Assembly: GCA_902525295.1 (NCBI GenBank)
Contig: CABZGR010000001.1
Location: forward strand, 1 to 46,078
Reading direction: 5' to 3'
DNA length: 46,078 bases
DNA from: an uncultured Pelagibacteraceae bacterium
GTDB taxonomy: Bacteria > Pseudomonadota > Alphaproteobacteria > Pelagibacterales > Pelagibacteraceae
Shown: positions 1 to 10,557 of the stretch, in pieces
How the letters are laid out: each line of letters opens with the position of its first letter
Position numbering within the stretch: the first letter of the stretch is position 1
The notes under the pieces: model-generated
Seen by the model: only the letters and a program-made list of their open reading frames with translations
The model's database searches: none
What the model was told of the DNA's origin: nothing
Translations under genes and position numbers: made by a program

Positions 1-380
1 ATAACTACACTTGCTGTTTTGTGTCCTACGCCAGGTAGCTCCTCTAACTCCTCAAAAGTCTTTGGAACTCTACCATTATATTTTTCTACTAAAGTTTTTG
101 AAAGATTATAAACGCTCTTCGCTTTAATTCTAAAAATCCCAATACTTCTTATCAATTTTTCTATTTTCTTTCTTCCTAGCCTAACAAAATGCTGAGGTTT
201 ATTGTATTTTGGATAAATATTTTTTGTGACATTATTTACATTAACATCTGTACATTGAGCAGAAAGTAATACAGATATTAAAAGTGTAAATATATTTCTA
301 TGCTTTAATGGTATTGGTGTTGTTGGATAGGTTTTATTAAGTATTTTTAAAACTATTTTAGCCCTTTGAACTTCATTCAT
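1..380 (-). CDS. nth: Endonuclease III (5' part; runs off window start)
   Basis: Manual translation from ATG at 380: MNEVQRAKIVLKILNKTYP...LLISVLLSAQCTDVNVN...EELEELPGVGHKTASVV, with the SAQCTD and HhH LPGVGxKTA motifs. ATG overlaps the dapB stop (TAATG). Confidence 0.95.
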   Translation of the reverse strand, partial: MNEVQRAKIVLKILNKTYPTTPIPLKHRNIFTLLISVLLSAQCTDVNVNNVTKNIYPKYNKPQHFVRLGRKKIEKLIRSIGIFRIKAKSVYNLSKTLVEKYNGRVPKTFEELEELPGVGHKTASVV

Positions 381-1156
381 TATTTAAAATTCAGAAGATT
401 TCTCATTGAATAAAGGCCTGGTTTTTTATTTATTAGCCATTTTGCAGCAGTTATTGCTCCTTCAGAATATAAAGCTCTATCAAAAGCTTCATGGTTTAGT
501 GTTATAATTTCCTTTCCACTTGAAAAGGTAACTTCGTGTTCACCTATAATTTCACCTTTTCTGATTGAATTGAAATTAATTTTTTTTCCGTAAGGAAATT
601 TTTTTTTATTTAAATATTTTTTTCCGATCATTTTATAAAAGTTTTTATTTTTTCCTACAGCAATTCCCTTTCCAAGCATCAAAGCTGTTCCAGATGGGTG
701 ATCTTTTTTATGTCTGTGATGTATTTCAAAAACCTTACTTAGATAATTATTACCTAGCGATGCTGATGTGATCTCAGTTAGGTACATGAGTAAATTTATC
801 CCAAGGCTCATATTCCCTGCTTTTAAAATTGGAATTTTTTTAGAAAACTTTTTTATTAAATCCTCCTCTTTTTTAGTAAAACCTGTTGTTCCAATCACTA
901 CTTTTTTTTTAAGTTTTGTAGCTATTTTTAAAACTTCAAACGTACATTTTGGTATAGTGAAATCTATTATCACGTTTGCTTTACCAAGAGCTTTTTCAGT
1001 ATTTAATTCTGGTTTAATCCCATTAATTTTTTTACTTATGAATCTATTTTCTGTAAGAGCAACCAACTTAGTAGACTTATCTTTTATAGCAGATTTAATG
1101 AGCTGTTGACCCATTCTTCCCATACATCCTGTTATGGCTAGATTAATTTTACCCAT
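380..1156 (-). CDS. dapB: 4-hydroxy-tetrahydrodipicolinate reductase
   Basis: GCMGRMG nucleotide-binding motif, VIGTTG, EIHHRHKKDHPSGTA catalytic motif. Confidence 0.97.
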   Translation of the reverse strand: MGKINLAITGCMGRMGQQLIKSAIKDKSTKLVALTENRFISKKINGIKPELNTEKALGKANVIIDFTIPKCTFEVLKIATKLKKKVVIGTTGFTKKEEDLIKKFSKKIPILKAGNMSLGINLLMYLTEITSASLGNNYLSKVFEIHHRHKKDHPSGTALMLGKGIAVGKNKNFYKMIGKKYLNKKKFPYGKKINFNSIRKGEIIGEHEVTFSSGKEIITLNHEAFDRALYSEGAITAAKWLINKKPGLYSMRNLLNFK

Positions 1157-1183
1157 TATAATGGGTTAGATTAGCACTATTGA

Positions 1184-2308
1184 TTAGTTTTTCCAGAAAC
1201 TTTTAGCTTTTTGAAAGAATTTTTTAATACTTGGGTTAGACTTTTCATTTTCAATTTCTCTAAATTTTTCTAATAGTTCTTTTTGTTCTTTATTTAGTGA
1301 TATTGGAACTTCAGTATTTACTTGTACATAAAGGTCTCCAAAATCATTCCCTCTCATGTGTGGCATACCTTTTCCTCTTAATCTAAATTGTTTTCCACTT
1401 TGTGTTCCTGCTGGAATTTTAATTTTAGCTTTACCACCGTCAATTGTTGGAATTTCAATCGATGTACCTAGAGCAGCATCAGCAATTGAAACTGGACATT
1501 CAAAAAATAAGTTTTCATCTGATCTCTTAAATAATTCATGAGAATGAACATTAATAAATAAATATAAATCACCATTACTTCCACCTCTCGATCCAGCTTC
1601 ACCCTTCCCTGAAAGCCTTATTCTTGTCCCATCATCCACACCTTTTGGAATAGTAACTGATAATCTTTTTGAAGCCTGTTTTTTACCCTGTCCATTACAA
1701 TTAGAGCAAGGATGAGTAATTTCCTCTCCCGTTCCAGCACATTGAGGACATGTTTGTTGGACTGTAAAGAAACCTTGGCTCGATCTTACTTGACCATGAC
1801 CACCACACATTGAGCAAGCTCCAGCCTGATGACCAGGTTTTGAACCTGATCCACTACAAGTATCGCATTTTTCAGATGTAGAGAATTTTATGTCTTGTTT
1901 CTTTCCAGAAAAGGCTTCTTCCAATGATATAGACAAATCATATCTTAAATCCGACCCTCTATTATTTGACCTTCTTGATCTACGGCCTCCACCAAAACCC
2001 TCTCCAAAAAAATCTTCAAAAATATCAGAGAAATGATTTGAAAAGTCAAAATTTCCAAATCCACCTCTTCCACCACCTCCATTTTCGAAAGCTGCATGAC
2101 CAAAATTATCATAATTTTGTTTTCTCTCAGAATTAGAAAGTACGTGATAAGCTTCAGATGCTTCCTTAAATTTTTCTTCAGCACCTTTATCACCTTTATT
2201 TTTATCTGGATGATGTTTAACTGCGAGTTTTCTGTAAGCTGATTTTATTTGCTCTGGAGAAGCACTTTTATTTACACCTAAAACTTCGTAATAATCTCTT
2301 TTTGCCAT
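1184..2308 (-). CDS. dnaJ: Chaperone DnaJ
   Basis: J-domain with HPD, G/F-rich region, four CxxCxGxG repeats. Confidence 0.99.
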   Translation of the reverse strand: MAKRDYYEVLGVNKSASPEQIKSAYRKLAVKHHPDKNKGDKGAEEKFKEASEAYHVLSNSERKQNYDNFGHAAFENGGGGRGGFGNFDFSNHFSDIFEDFFGEGFGGGRRSRRSNNRGSDLRYDLSISLEEAFSGKKQDIKFSTSEKCDTCSGSGSKPGHQAGACSMCGGHGQVRSSQGFFTVQQTCPQCAGTGEEITHPCSNCNGQGKKQASKRLSVTIPKGVDDGTRIRLSGKGEAGSRGGSNGDLYLFINVHSHELFKRSDENLFFECPVSIADAALGTSIEIPTIDGGKAKIKIPAGTQSGKQFRLRGKGMPHMRGNDFGDLYVQVNTEVPISLNKEQKELLEKFREIENEKSNPSIKKFFQKAKSFWKN

Positions 2309-2336
2309 AACATGTTATAGACAAACAGTTGTTTTG

Positions 2337-4259
2337 TTAGGCGCTTTTTTCTTTATTCTCGTCTTTTACTTCTTCAAAATCTGCATCAACAACGTTATCG
2401 TCTTTTGTTTCTTCTTTCTTTGCGTCTTTTGGAGCATCTTCAGGTTTAGCACCTTGTTGTGATTTATATATTGCTTCACCTAATTTCATAGATACCTGAA
2501 CTAAATCTTGTGTTTTTTTCTTAATTTCTTCAACATCAGTTCCTTTAAGAACATTTCTCAGATTTGCAGATGCATCTTCAATTGCTTTTTTATCTGCATC
2601 TGAGACTTTACTTCCGTGCTCTTTTAAATTTTTTTCAGTTGAGTGTATTAATGTATCTGCTTGATTTCTTGCATCAACAGCTTCTCTTTTCTTTTTATCT
2701 TCCTCTTTATTAGATTCTGCATCTTTGACCATTTGATTAATTTCTTCATCGCTTAACCCTCCAGATGCTTGAATTTGAATTTTTTGTTCTTTACCAGTTC
2801 CTTTGTCTTTGGCTGATACATTAACTATACCATTTGCATCTATATCAAATGTCACTTCAATCTGTGGAACTCCTCTTGGTGCAGGAGCTATTCCAACTAA
2901 TTCAAAGTTTCCTAATACTTTATTATCTGAAGCCATCTCTCTTTCACCCTGAAGAACTCTAATTGATACTGCTGGTTGATTATCTTCTGCAGTTGAAAAT
3001 ACTTGGCTTTTTTTGGTTGGTATTGTTGTATTTTTATCTATTAATTTTGTAGATACGCCTCCTAAAGTCTCTATTCCTAGAGATAAAGGAGTTACATCTA
3101 AAAGTAATACGTCCTTTACATCACCTTGTAAAACACCTGCTTGAATTGCAGCACCCATAGCAACAACCTCATCAGGATTTACAGATTTATTTGGATCTTT
3201 TCCAAAGAAATTTTTTACTTCTTCAATAACTTTTGGCATTCTAGTCATACCACCAACTAGTACTATTTCATCTACTTCGCTTGCAGATAAACCTGCATCT
3301 TTTAAAGCAGTTTTACATGGTGGAATTGTTCTTGAAATCAGATCTTCAACTAATGCTTCTAATTTAGCTCTAGTCATTTTCAAGTTAATATGTTTTGGTC
3401 CAGTTTTATCAGCAGTAATAAATGGAAGATTAATCTCAGTTTGTGTTGCAGATGATAATTCAATTTTTGCTTTTTCTGCTGCTTCTTTTAATCTCTGCAA
3501 AGCTAATTTGTCAGATTTTAGATCAATACCGTTTTCTTTTTTAAATTCTGAAAGCAAATAATCCACAATAGCATTATCAAAATCCTCTCCACCTAAAAAT
3601 GTGTCACCATTGGTTGATTTTACCTCGAATACACCATCACCCAGCTCTAGAATTGAAACATCAAATGTTCCTCCACCTAAATCGTAGACTGCAATTTTCT
3701 TATTTGCTTTTTTATCTAAACCATAAGCTAGAGATGCTGCTGTTGGCTCATTTATAATTCTTAAAACTTCAAGACCAGCTATTTTACCTGCATCTTTAGT
3801 AGCTTGTCTCTGAGCATCATTAAAATATGCTGGAACAGTGATAACTGCTTGCTTCACCTCAGAACCTAAATATTTTTCTGCTGTCTCTTTCATTTTTTGA
3901 AGTGTGAAAGCTGATATTTGTGATGGTGAATATTTTTGGCCTTTTGCCTCAATCCACGCGTCACCTTTATCAGAATTAACTATTTTAAAAGGTGCAGTCT
4001 CTACATCTTTTTTAACTGTTGGATCATCAAAATTTCTTCCAATTAATCTTTTAACTGCAAATATTGTATTTTCAGGATTTGTAACAGCCTGTCTTTTTGC
4101 TGGTTGGCCTATTAATTTTTCACCTTCATCTGTAAATGCAACAACAGAAGGTGTTGTTCTTGCTCCCTCTGCATTTTCTAAAACCTTTGCTTGTGTTCCC
4201 TCCATGACGGCTACACAAGAATTTGTTGTACCTAAATCTATTCCTATAACTTTACTCAT
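2337..4259 (-). CDS. dnaK: Chaperone DnaK (Hsp70)
   Basis: [25 protein letters not shown] motifs; C-terminal DADFEEV. Confidence 0.99.
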   Translation of the reverse strand: MSKVIGIDLGTTNSCVAVMEGTQAKVLENAEGARTTPSVVAFTDEGEKLIGQPAKRQAVTNPENTIFAVKRLIGRNFDDPTVKKDVETAPFKIVNSDKGDAWIEAKGQKYSPSQISAFTLQKMKETAEKYLGSEVKQAVITVPAYFNDAQRQATKDAGKIAGLEVLRIINEPTAASLAYGLDKKANKKIAVYDLGGGTFDVSILELGDGVFEVKSTNGDTFLGGEDFDNAIVDYLLSEFKKENGIDLKSDKLALQRLKEAAEKAKIELSSATQTEINLPFITADKTGPKHINLKMTRAKLEALVEDLISRTIPPCKTALKDAGLSASEVDEIVLVGGMTRMPKVIEEVKNFFGKDPNKSVNPDEVVAMGAAIQAGVLQGDVKDVLLLDVTPLSLGIETLGGVSTKLIDKNTTIPTKKSQVFSTAEDNQPAVSIRVLQGEREMASDNKVLGNFELVGIAPAPRGVPQIEVTFDIDANGIVNVSAKDKGTGKEQKIQIQASGGLSDEEINQMVKDAESNKEEDKKKREAVDARNQADTLIHSTEKNLKEHGSKVSDADKKAIEDASANLRNVLKGTDVEEIKKKTQDLVQVSMKLGEAIYKSQQGAKPEDAPKDAKKEETKDDNVVDADFEEVKDENKEKSA

Positions 4260-4280
4260 AATTTATCCTATTTGATGCTC

Positions 4281-4308
4281 ATATAAGTGCTAATTTTACA
4301 ACTACAAC
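4281..4308 (-). promoter_or_regulatory. Putative RpoH (sigma32) promoter of dnaK
   Basis: Minus strand GTTG-N17-CTTATAT, resembling the alphaproteobacterial RpoH consensus (CTTG-N~17-CYTATNT), 21 nt upstream of the dnaK ATG. Confidence 0.6.
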
Positions 4309-4320
4309 CATAATAAATAA

Positions 4321-5004
4321 TTAATTTTTAACCTCTTTTTCCTCATTTTCTTGGTTTTTTTGGTTATCCTGTTTTTCTTCAACTTTTTTTTTAGATACAG
4401 CTACTAATGAAGGTCTCAACAACCTGTCTTTCATCATAAAACCTTTTTGAATTTCTTGTACTATTGTCCCTTGATCCTTGGTATCATCTTCTACTTCCAT
4501 CATAGCCTGGTGCAAATTTGGATCTAATTTTTCGTTAATTGCTTTAATTGGCTCAATATTATTTTTTTTGAAAATTGAAATCATATCCTTATTAATAATA
4601 TCAATATGCTCTAACAATTTTTTTAGCGTATCTCTATCTTTTATAGTTTCGTCACTTTCCAGAGTTTGTTTTGATCTCTCTAAATTATCTAGAAGATTAA
4701 GGGCTTCCCTTGCAAATGAGAAACCACCATATTCAAAAGCTTCTTCTTTCTCTTTTTCAAATCTTCTTCTCTGATTTTCCATTTCAGCAAATGTTCTAGC
4801 AACTTTATCTTTAAGATTTGAGATTTCATCTTCAGGTGTAAGCTGATCTTCTTCCTTTTTTTTTTCAGTTTCTTCTAGGATTTGTTCGTCCGTGTTTTGC
4901 TTCGAATTTTCATTTTCTTCTAGAGTATGTCCGTCCGTGTTTTGCTCCGAATTTTCATTTTCTAACTTTTGACCTTTTTTATTTTGTGATTCTTCTTTTT
5001 CCAT
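4321..5004 (-). CDS. grpE: Nucleotide exchange factor GrpE
   Basis: AEMENQRRR, LDNLERS, DPNLHQA and QKGF...RLLRPSLV motifs; adjacent to dnaK. Confidence 0.98.
   Translation of the reverse strand: MEKEESQNKKGQKLENENSEQNTDGHTLEENENSKQNTDEQILEETEKKKEEDQLTPEDEISNLKDKVARTFAEMENQRRRFEKEKEEAFEYGGFSFAREALNLLDNLERSKQTLESDETIKDRDTLKKLLEHIDIINKDMISIFKKNNIEPIKAINEKLDPNLHQAMMEVEDDTKDQGTIVQEIQKGFMMKDRLLRPSLVAVSKKKVEEKQDNQKNQENEEKEVKN
4871..4960. repeat. 45-bp tandem duplication (2 copies) in the grpE N-terminal region
   Basis: 4871-4915 and 4916-4960 match at 40/45 positions and give a 15-aa repeat (ENENSEQNTDGHTLE / ENENSKQNTDEQILE). Confidence 0.9.
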
Positions 5005-5011
5005 AGAGGTC

Positions 5012-5040
5012 TATATGGTAAGAAATTCATAAAATTCTAG
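5012..5040 (-). promoter_or_regulatory. Putative RpoH promoter of grpE
   Basis: Minus strand CTAGAA-N16-CCATATA, 7 nt upstream of the grpE ATG. Confidence 0.5.
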
Positions 5041-5643
5041 ATGTTAAAAAAAAAAAATAAAGAAATCGTAGTAGGGTCAAATAATGATGGAAAAATAAAA
5101 GAAATTAAAGATTTACTGCCCAAACACCTCATTATTACTTCTCCAAAAGACTATGGCTTTAAAAGCCCCAAAGAGAATGGAAATACTTTTCTAAAAAATT
5201 CTTTAATTAAAGCGAAATATTTTTCGAAAAAAACAAAAAAAATTTGTATCGCAGATGACTCTGGGCTTGAAATTGACTTGCTAAATAATCAACCAGGTAT
5301 TTATTCCGCAAGATGGGGTGGAAAAAAGGGTGATTTTAATTTGGCTATATCAAAAGTATTTCAAAAATTATCGAAGGTAGATAAAAACTGGAAGTCAAAA
5401 AAGATCAAAGCAAGATTTATTTGTGCATTAACTATTTATGGATTAAAAAAAAACCCTATTCAATCTTTAGGAGTCATTAATGGTAGAATTTCAAAAAAAA
5501 AAATTGGAAATAAGGGTTTTGGCTATGATCCAATTTTCATTCCTGAAAATAAAAGATTAACATTTGGTCAAATGAGTCAAAAATTAAAATTTAAAAATGA
5601 TCATCGAGCTCAAGCTTTTAAAAAAATTAAAAAATTTTTTTAA
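5041..5643 (+). CDS. rdgB: Non-canonical purine NTP pyrophosphatase (RdgB/HAM1)
   Basis: NxGK, ADDSGL, PGIYSAR, GFGYDPIF motifs; terminal xHR motif. Confidence 0.95.
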   Translation: MLKKKNKEIVVGSNNDGKIKEIKDLLPKHLIITSPKDYGFKSPKENGNTFLKNSLIKAKYFSKKTKKICIADDSGLEIDLLNNQPGIYSARWGGKKGDFNLAISKVFQKLSKVDKNWKSKKIKARFICALTIYGLKKNPIQSLGVINGRISKKKIGNKGFGYDPIFIPENKRLTFGQMSQKLKFKNDHRAQAFKKIKKFF

Positions 5644-6778
5644 AATTTTCCTCTTTTGTTTCATAAAAGTTTAATTGATGAGTGATTGTTTTTCTATTTA
5701 TTTCAAAGATACCTATTTTTCCTTTAAATTTATTTTTCTTAATGAATAAATTTTCATTAGTCTCAAAATCATTATTTATTAACAAGTAATATACCAGACC
5801 TATTAGATCATAACTTAAAAATGAAATTTGATTTGGTGTTGTTTTGAAATTTTGAATGTATTCTTTTTGAAATATTTCAAAATTATCTTTATTTATCGAT
5901 GGGAAATATATCGGATGCAATGAAGTCTCCTTTAAAAGACTTTCATCAAACCATTGATTCAATGTGATGTATTTTATTCTTTCTGAAGAGACATCTGTAT
6001 ATAATAAAGATGTTGCAACACTTTTTAGACTTTCACTAAAATCTGCAATTATTACAGAGTCAAAATTAATAAAACCTAAAGTATCTTTTTTTTTTAATTC
6101 ATCTATTTTTTTCTTTTTATTTAATGTATTTGAACTTTCTATTCTTTTAATTTCGTTTTCTAAATTTTGCTTTCTTTGTTGATATCTTGTTAAATCTTCT
6201 ATTTGCTTTGTTAGCAATGTTGGATCTTTGCTATATATAAATTTTTCTTTTAACATTAAATTAGATTTTTCAATAGCTTCTTCAATTTCTCTTTTATATT
6301 CTGTTTCAGGGATTAAAAATATTGTATTCTTTAAATTATTTTCACTTAAATATTTTTTAATTGTATTTATTTGTGATATTGCATTTACCCCTGCAGAAAT
6401 TACATTTTTTGGATTACTTCTAATTTTGTTTGTAAAGGATAAGAATGTTACCTCATTTAATTCATCTAAATACTTATTACTCTCATTGAATACCGGTCCA
6501 ATAATTGTTTTTACACCATTATTGTAAAGTTCTTTTGATACTTTCAATGTATCTATCGGGTTTGCTTTGGTATCTTTAGGTATTACTGTTATTCTATTAT
6601 CATTAATTTTATTTAACGCCATTCTTGTAGATTTGAGAATTGAATTACCAATATATGAATATTCGCCTGATAAAGGTACAATTAAACCTATCTTAATTTT
6701 TTCATCTGATATTGCCTTAAGATGTGAGAAAACGATTATAAGAAAAACTTTTAAAACTATGATATATAATTTTCTCAT
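5627..6778 (-). CDS. LpoA/LppC-like penicillin-binding protein activator (periplasmic binding protein type I fold)
   Basis: Signal peptide, KIGLIVPLSG and IIGPVF motifs; divergent from rsmI as in other proteobacteria. ATG at 6778 preferred over GTG at 6784. Confidence 0.7.
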   Translation of the reverse strand: MRKLYIIVLKVFLIIVFSHLKAISDEKIKIGLIVPLSGEYSYIGNSILKSTRMALNKINDNRITVIPKDTKANPIDTLKVSKELYNNGVKTIIGPVFNESNKYLDELNEVTFLSFTNKIRSNPKNVISAGVNAISQINTIKKYLSENNLKNTIFLIPETEYKREIEEAIEKSNLMLKEKFIYSKDPTLLTKQIEDLTRYQQRKQNLENEIKRIESSNTLNKKKKIDELKKKDTLGFINFDSVIIADFSESLKSVATSLLYTDVSSERIKYITLNQWFDESLLKETSLHPIYFPSINKDNFEIFQKEYIQNFKTTPNQISFLSYDLIGLVYYLLINNDFETNENLFIKKNKFKGKIGIFEINRKTITHQLNFYETKEENFKKIF

Positions 6779-6787
6779 CGTCACTAA

Positions 6788-7645
6788 ATGTATAATTTTG
6801 AATTAAATGATAATTTAAAACCTGGGCTATATTGTGTTTCAACGCCGATAGGAAATTTAGGAGATATTACTTTTAGAGCTATATACATACTTAATAAATC
6901 AGATTTGATTTTGTCAGAAGATACGAGGGTTTCAAGTAAACTATTATCTAGGTTCAATATAAATACAAAATTATTAGCTAATCATAAGTTTAGTGAAAAA
7001 AAAAATATCAAAGATGTATTAAATTTACTAAAAGAAAATAAGATAATTTCTATCATTTCAGATGCAGGTACTCCAACAATTTCAGATCCAGGTGGAATTT
7101 TGATAAATGAATGCATCAAGAATAAAATCAACATTTTTCCAGTTCCAGGATCTTCTGCTGCAACAGCAGCTGTCTCTATAAGCGGCTTTTCAAACAATTT
7201 CTTATTTTGTGGTTTTTTACCCGATAAAAAGTCACAAATTGATCAACTTTTTCAAAAGATTTCTAATTTAAATTACTCAATTGTTTTTTTTATTTCACCA
7301 AAAAAAATAAAAAAAATAACAGTTCAAATTCAAAAATATTTTAATGATAGAGATATTTTAATTACTAGAGAAATGACAAAATTGCATGAGGAATATATTA
7401 GAGATAAGGTTAAAAATCTTAATGATATTAATATTATAGAAAAAGGTGAGATTACTGTAGTTATATCAGAAAATTCAAATTCACAAAATAGGTTACAAGT
7501 AATTGAAGAATCAGTTAAAAAAAAAATTATTAAACTTTTAAAAAAAATGTCGATTAAAGATGTTACATCAAAAATTAATAAGGAGAATAATATATCAAAA
7601 AAAATTGTTTATGAGTATTGCTTAAAGAAAAAAAATGAAATTTAG
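6788..7645 (+). CDS. rsmI: 16S rRNA C1402 2'-O-methyltransferase
   Basis: TPIGNLGDIT, EDTR, SDAGTPTISDPG, REMTKLHEE, KGEITVVI motifs. Confidence 0.96.
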   Translation: MYNFELNDNLKPGLYCVSTPIGNLGDITFRAIYILNKSDLILSEDTRVSSKLLSRFNINTKLLANHKFSEKKNIKDVLNLLKENKIISIISDAGTPTISDPGGILINECIKNKINIFPVPGSSAATAAVSISGFSNNFLFCGFLPDKKSQIDQLFQKISNLNYSIVFFISPKKIKKITVQIQKYFNDRDILITREMTKLHEEYIRDKVKNLNDINIIEKGEITVVISENSNSQNRLQVIEESVKKKIIKLLKKMSIKDVTSKINKENNISKKIVYEYCLKKKNEI

Positions 7646-8228
7646 AAATTTAATATTAATTATAACTTTTATTTTAATTTCAGGATGTGTTGGATATTCA
7701 TCAACTGGAGTTTTAGGTACAGGAGTTTCAGTTGCAATGGACCCAAGAACTATTGGAACACAAATAGATGACTCTTTAATGCAAAAAAATTTGAGGGCAA
7801 AATTAATCTTAATGGATAGTGGTTATTTATTAAAAGTAAAAACTAAAGTTTTAGATGGTAGAATATTTATAACAGGTAAAGTGGACACAGTAGAAGAAAA
7901 ATTAAAAATTACGAAATTAGGTTGGGAAATAAAAGGAGCAAGATCAGTTAAAAATGATTTGAAAATTAAGGAAGAGTTTAACTTTAAACAAACCGCAAAA
8001 GATTTACTGATAACTTCCCAATTAAGAACTGCTCTTATAACAAATAAAAAAATTAAGTCTGCAAACTATGATATAGATACATATAAGAAAATAATTTATG
8101 TTTATGGAATTTCACAAAATGAAGACGAAAGAGCCGAAGTTATAAATGAAGCTAAGAAAGTTCTAGATGTGGAAGATGTTGTTACGAGTATTTTTTTAGT
8201 AGAAGATCTTAGAGTATTAAAAAACTAA
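7635..8228 (+). CDS. Dual BON-domain lipoprotein (DolP/YraP-like)
   Basis: Lipobox ISGC, DPRTIGTQIDD motif, two BON-like repeats. Confidence 0.88.
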   Translation: MKFRNLILIITFILISGCVGYSSTGVLGTGVSVAMDPRTIGTQIDDSLMQKNLRAKLILMDSGYLLKVKTKVLDGRIFITGKVDTVEEKLKITKLGWEIKGARSVKNDLKIKEEFNFKQTAKDLLITSQLRTALITNKKIKSANYDIDTYKKIIYVYGISQNEDERAEVINEAKKVLDVEDVVTSIFLVEDLRVLKN

Positions 8229-10513
8229 CTTGGTTTTTTGTAATTAATTACTCCTGCCGAATATGCTGCTACAGATGCTAAATTTAATATGTCAGATGTA
8301 GACGATCTTAACGGCGCAATTTCAATTGCTTGGCCCAAACCAATTAATAGTGGTCCAATTACTTTTGCTCCACCTAAAGTTTTCATTGTTTTGTAAGTTA
8401 TTGCAGCACTATGTTGTCCAGGCATAATCAATATATTTGCATTACCAACAATTTCAGAGAATGGATAAAGGTCTTTATATTCATCACTTAAGGCTACATC
8501 AGGCTGCATATCCCCATCAAACTTAAAGTTTACTTTTTTATTTTTTAAAATTTCTACCGCATCTCTTATATGTTTAGTTCTAGCTGTAATTGGTTGGCCA
8601 AAGGTTGAGTGTGAAAGAAAAGCAACTTTTGGTTCAAAACCGAATAATTTTGCTACTCTAGATGCAGAAATAGCTATTTCAGAAAGTTGTTCAGATGTTG
8701 GATATTCGTGAACACTTGTATCTGCAATAAACACTGTTTTGCCCTTATTTACAATCATGTTCAATCCAAACATAATTTCTCCAGGTCTAGCATCTATGAC
8801 TTTTTTTACTTTATCAAGAGATTGTCCATATCTTCTTGAATTTCCAGTTACCATTGCATCAGCATCTCCACATGCAACCATGCAAGAACCCCATATAACT
8901 CTGTCATTTCTAACCATTTTATCACAATCTCTTTCAAGCAATCCCTCTGTTCTTTGAAGTTTTTTAAATAAGTAATTCACATATTTTTCTCTTTTGTCTC
9001 TCAAAGTAGAGTTCACAATTTGAATATCAAAGTTTTCTCCGTAACCAATCTCTTTCAGTTTTTCTTTAACAACTTTTTCTTTAGCAACCAAAATAGGCGT
9101 GCCCAATCCACTATTTTTAAATGCTATTGCAGCTTTTAAAGTATTTTCATCTTCACCATCAGCAAATACAACTTTTTTATTTGTTTTTTTTATTTGGTTA
9201 TTTATTCCCTGCATAATCGTTACAGATGGATCAAGTCTTTGTTTTAGCTGTTCTGAATATTCATCAAAATTTTCTATTTTTTTTCTAGCAACGCCAGATT
9301 TAATGGCTGCTTTTGCTACTGCTACTGGTATTACACTTATTAGTCGAGGGTCAAAAGTTGATGGAATAATATATTCTTTTCCATAATTAGGTCTTTCACC
9401 ACCCATTGCAGCTGCAACTTCGTCAGGCACAAATTCTCTTGCAAGCGAAGCTATAGCATTAGCTGCAGCAACTTTCATTTCTTCATTAATTGTTTTTGCT
9501 CTAACATCTAATGCACCCCTAAATATGTATGGAAATCCAATTAAATTATTTACTTGATTTGGATAATCGGATCTACCCGTTGCTATAATTGCATCATTTC
9601 TCACTTCCTCTATATCTTCTGGTTTAATCTCAGGATCTGGATTAGCGCAAGCAAATATAATTGGATTTTTTGCCATTTTTTTAACCATACTCTTTTTAAC
9701 AACACCTGCGGCAGACAAACCTAAAAATACATCTGCATTTTTCATCGCATCATCTAAACTTCTATCATTTGTTTCTACTGCAAATTCTTTCTTCCAAGAA
9801 TTAATATCTTTTCTGTTTTTATTTATTACACCTTTTGTATCCAACATTTTGATATTATTTTTTGGTATACCTGTGCTTCTAAACAATTTTGCACATGCCA
9901 TAGCAGCAGCGCCTGCACCATTAATAACTATTTTAATTTTTTTTAAGTTCTTTTTTGCAATATCTACAGCGTTAATTAATGCAGCTGTTGTTATGATTGC
10001 CGTGCCATGTTGATCGTCATGAAATACAGGAATATCTAGAATTTTTTTTAATTCTTCTTCAATTATAAAACAGTTTGGAGCTGCAATATCTTCAAGATTT
10101 ATACCTCCAAAACTTTTTGCTATATGCTTTATGGAATTAATTATTTCTTTAGTATCTTCTGTGTCTATTTCTAAATCTATAGAGTCTATATCTGCAAATC
10201 TTTTAAAGAGAACAGCTTTTCCTTCCATCACTGGTTTTGATGCTATCGCACCCAAGTTTCCTAGCCCTAATATTGCTGATCCATTACTAATTACTGCAAC
10301 TAGGTTTCCTTTTGTAGTGTATTCATATGCTAATTCAGGATTATCTGCTATTGCTTTTACTGGTGCCGCAACACCAGGAGAGTAAGCTAAGGCTAAGTCT
10401 CTTTTTGTAGTTACAGGTTTAGACGAAACTATCTCTATTTTGCCAGATTTATCATTAGTATGAAAATCTAATGCTTCTTTATCAGAATAATGTTCAATTT
10501 TGTTTTTTTTCAT
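8225..10513 (-). CDS. maeB: NADP-dependent malic enzyme with C-terminal PTA-like domain
   Basis: LAYSPGVA, KPVMEGK, NLEDI, FHDDQHGTA, GAGAAA, TGRSDYPNQVNN motifs; 762 aa fusion architecture. Confidence 0.97.
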   Translation of the reverse strand: MKKNKIEHYSDKEALDFHTNDKSGKIEIVSSKPVTTKRDLALAYSPGVAAPVKAIADNPELAYEYTTKGNLVAVISNGSAILGLGNLGAIASKPVMEGKAVLFKRFADIDSIDLEIDTEDTKEIINSIKHIAKSFGGINLEDIAAPNCFIIEEELKKILDIPVFHDDQHGTAIITTAALINAVDIAKKNLKKIKIVINGAGAAAMACAKLFRSTGIPKNNIKMLDTKGVINKNRKDINSWKKEFAVETNDRSLDDAMKNADVFLGLSAAGVVKKSMVKKMAKNPIIFACANPDPEIKPEDIEEVRNDAIIATGRSDYPNQVNNLIGFPYIFRGALDVRAKTINEEMKVAAANAIASLAREFVPDEVAAAMGGERPNYGKEYIIPSTFDPRLISVIPVAVAKAAIKSGVARKKIENFDEYSEQLKQRLDPSVTIMQGINNQIKKTNKKVVFADGEDENTLKAAIAFKNSGLGTPILVAKEKVVKEKLKEIGYGENFDIQIVNSTLRDKREKYVNYLFKKLQRTEGLLERDCDKMVRNDRVIWGSCMVACGDADAMVTGNSRRYGQSLDKVKKVIDARPGEIMFGLNMIVNKGKTVFIADTSVHEYPTSEQLSEIAISASRVAKLFGFEPKVAFLSHSTFGQPITARTKHIRDAVEILKNKKVNFKFDGDMQPDVALSDEYKDLYPFSEIVGNANILIMPGQHSAAITYKTMKTLGGAKVIGPLLIGLGQAIEIAPLRSSTSDILNLASVAAYSAGVINYKKPS

Positions 10514-10557
10514 TATTTGTTTAGATATACAAAAGGATTAAGCTAGTAATATGATTT

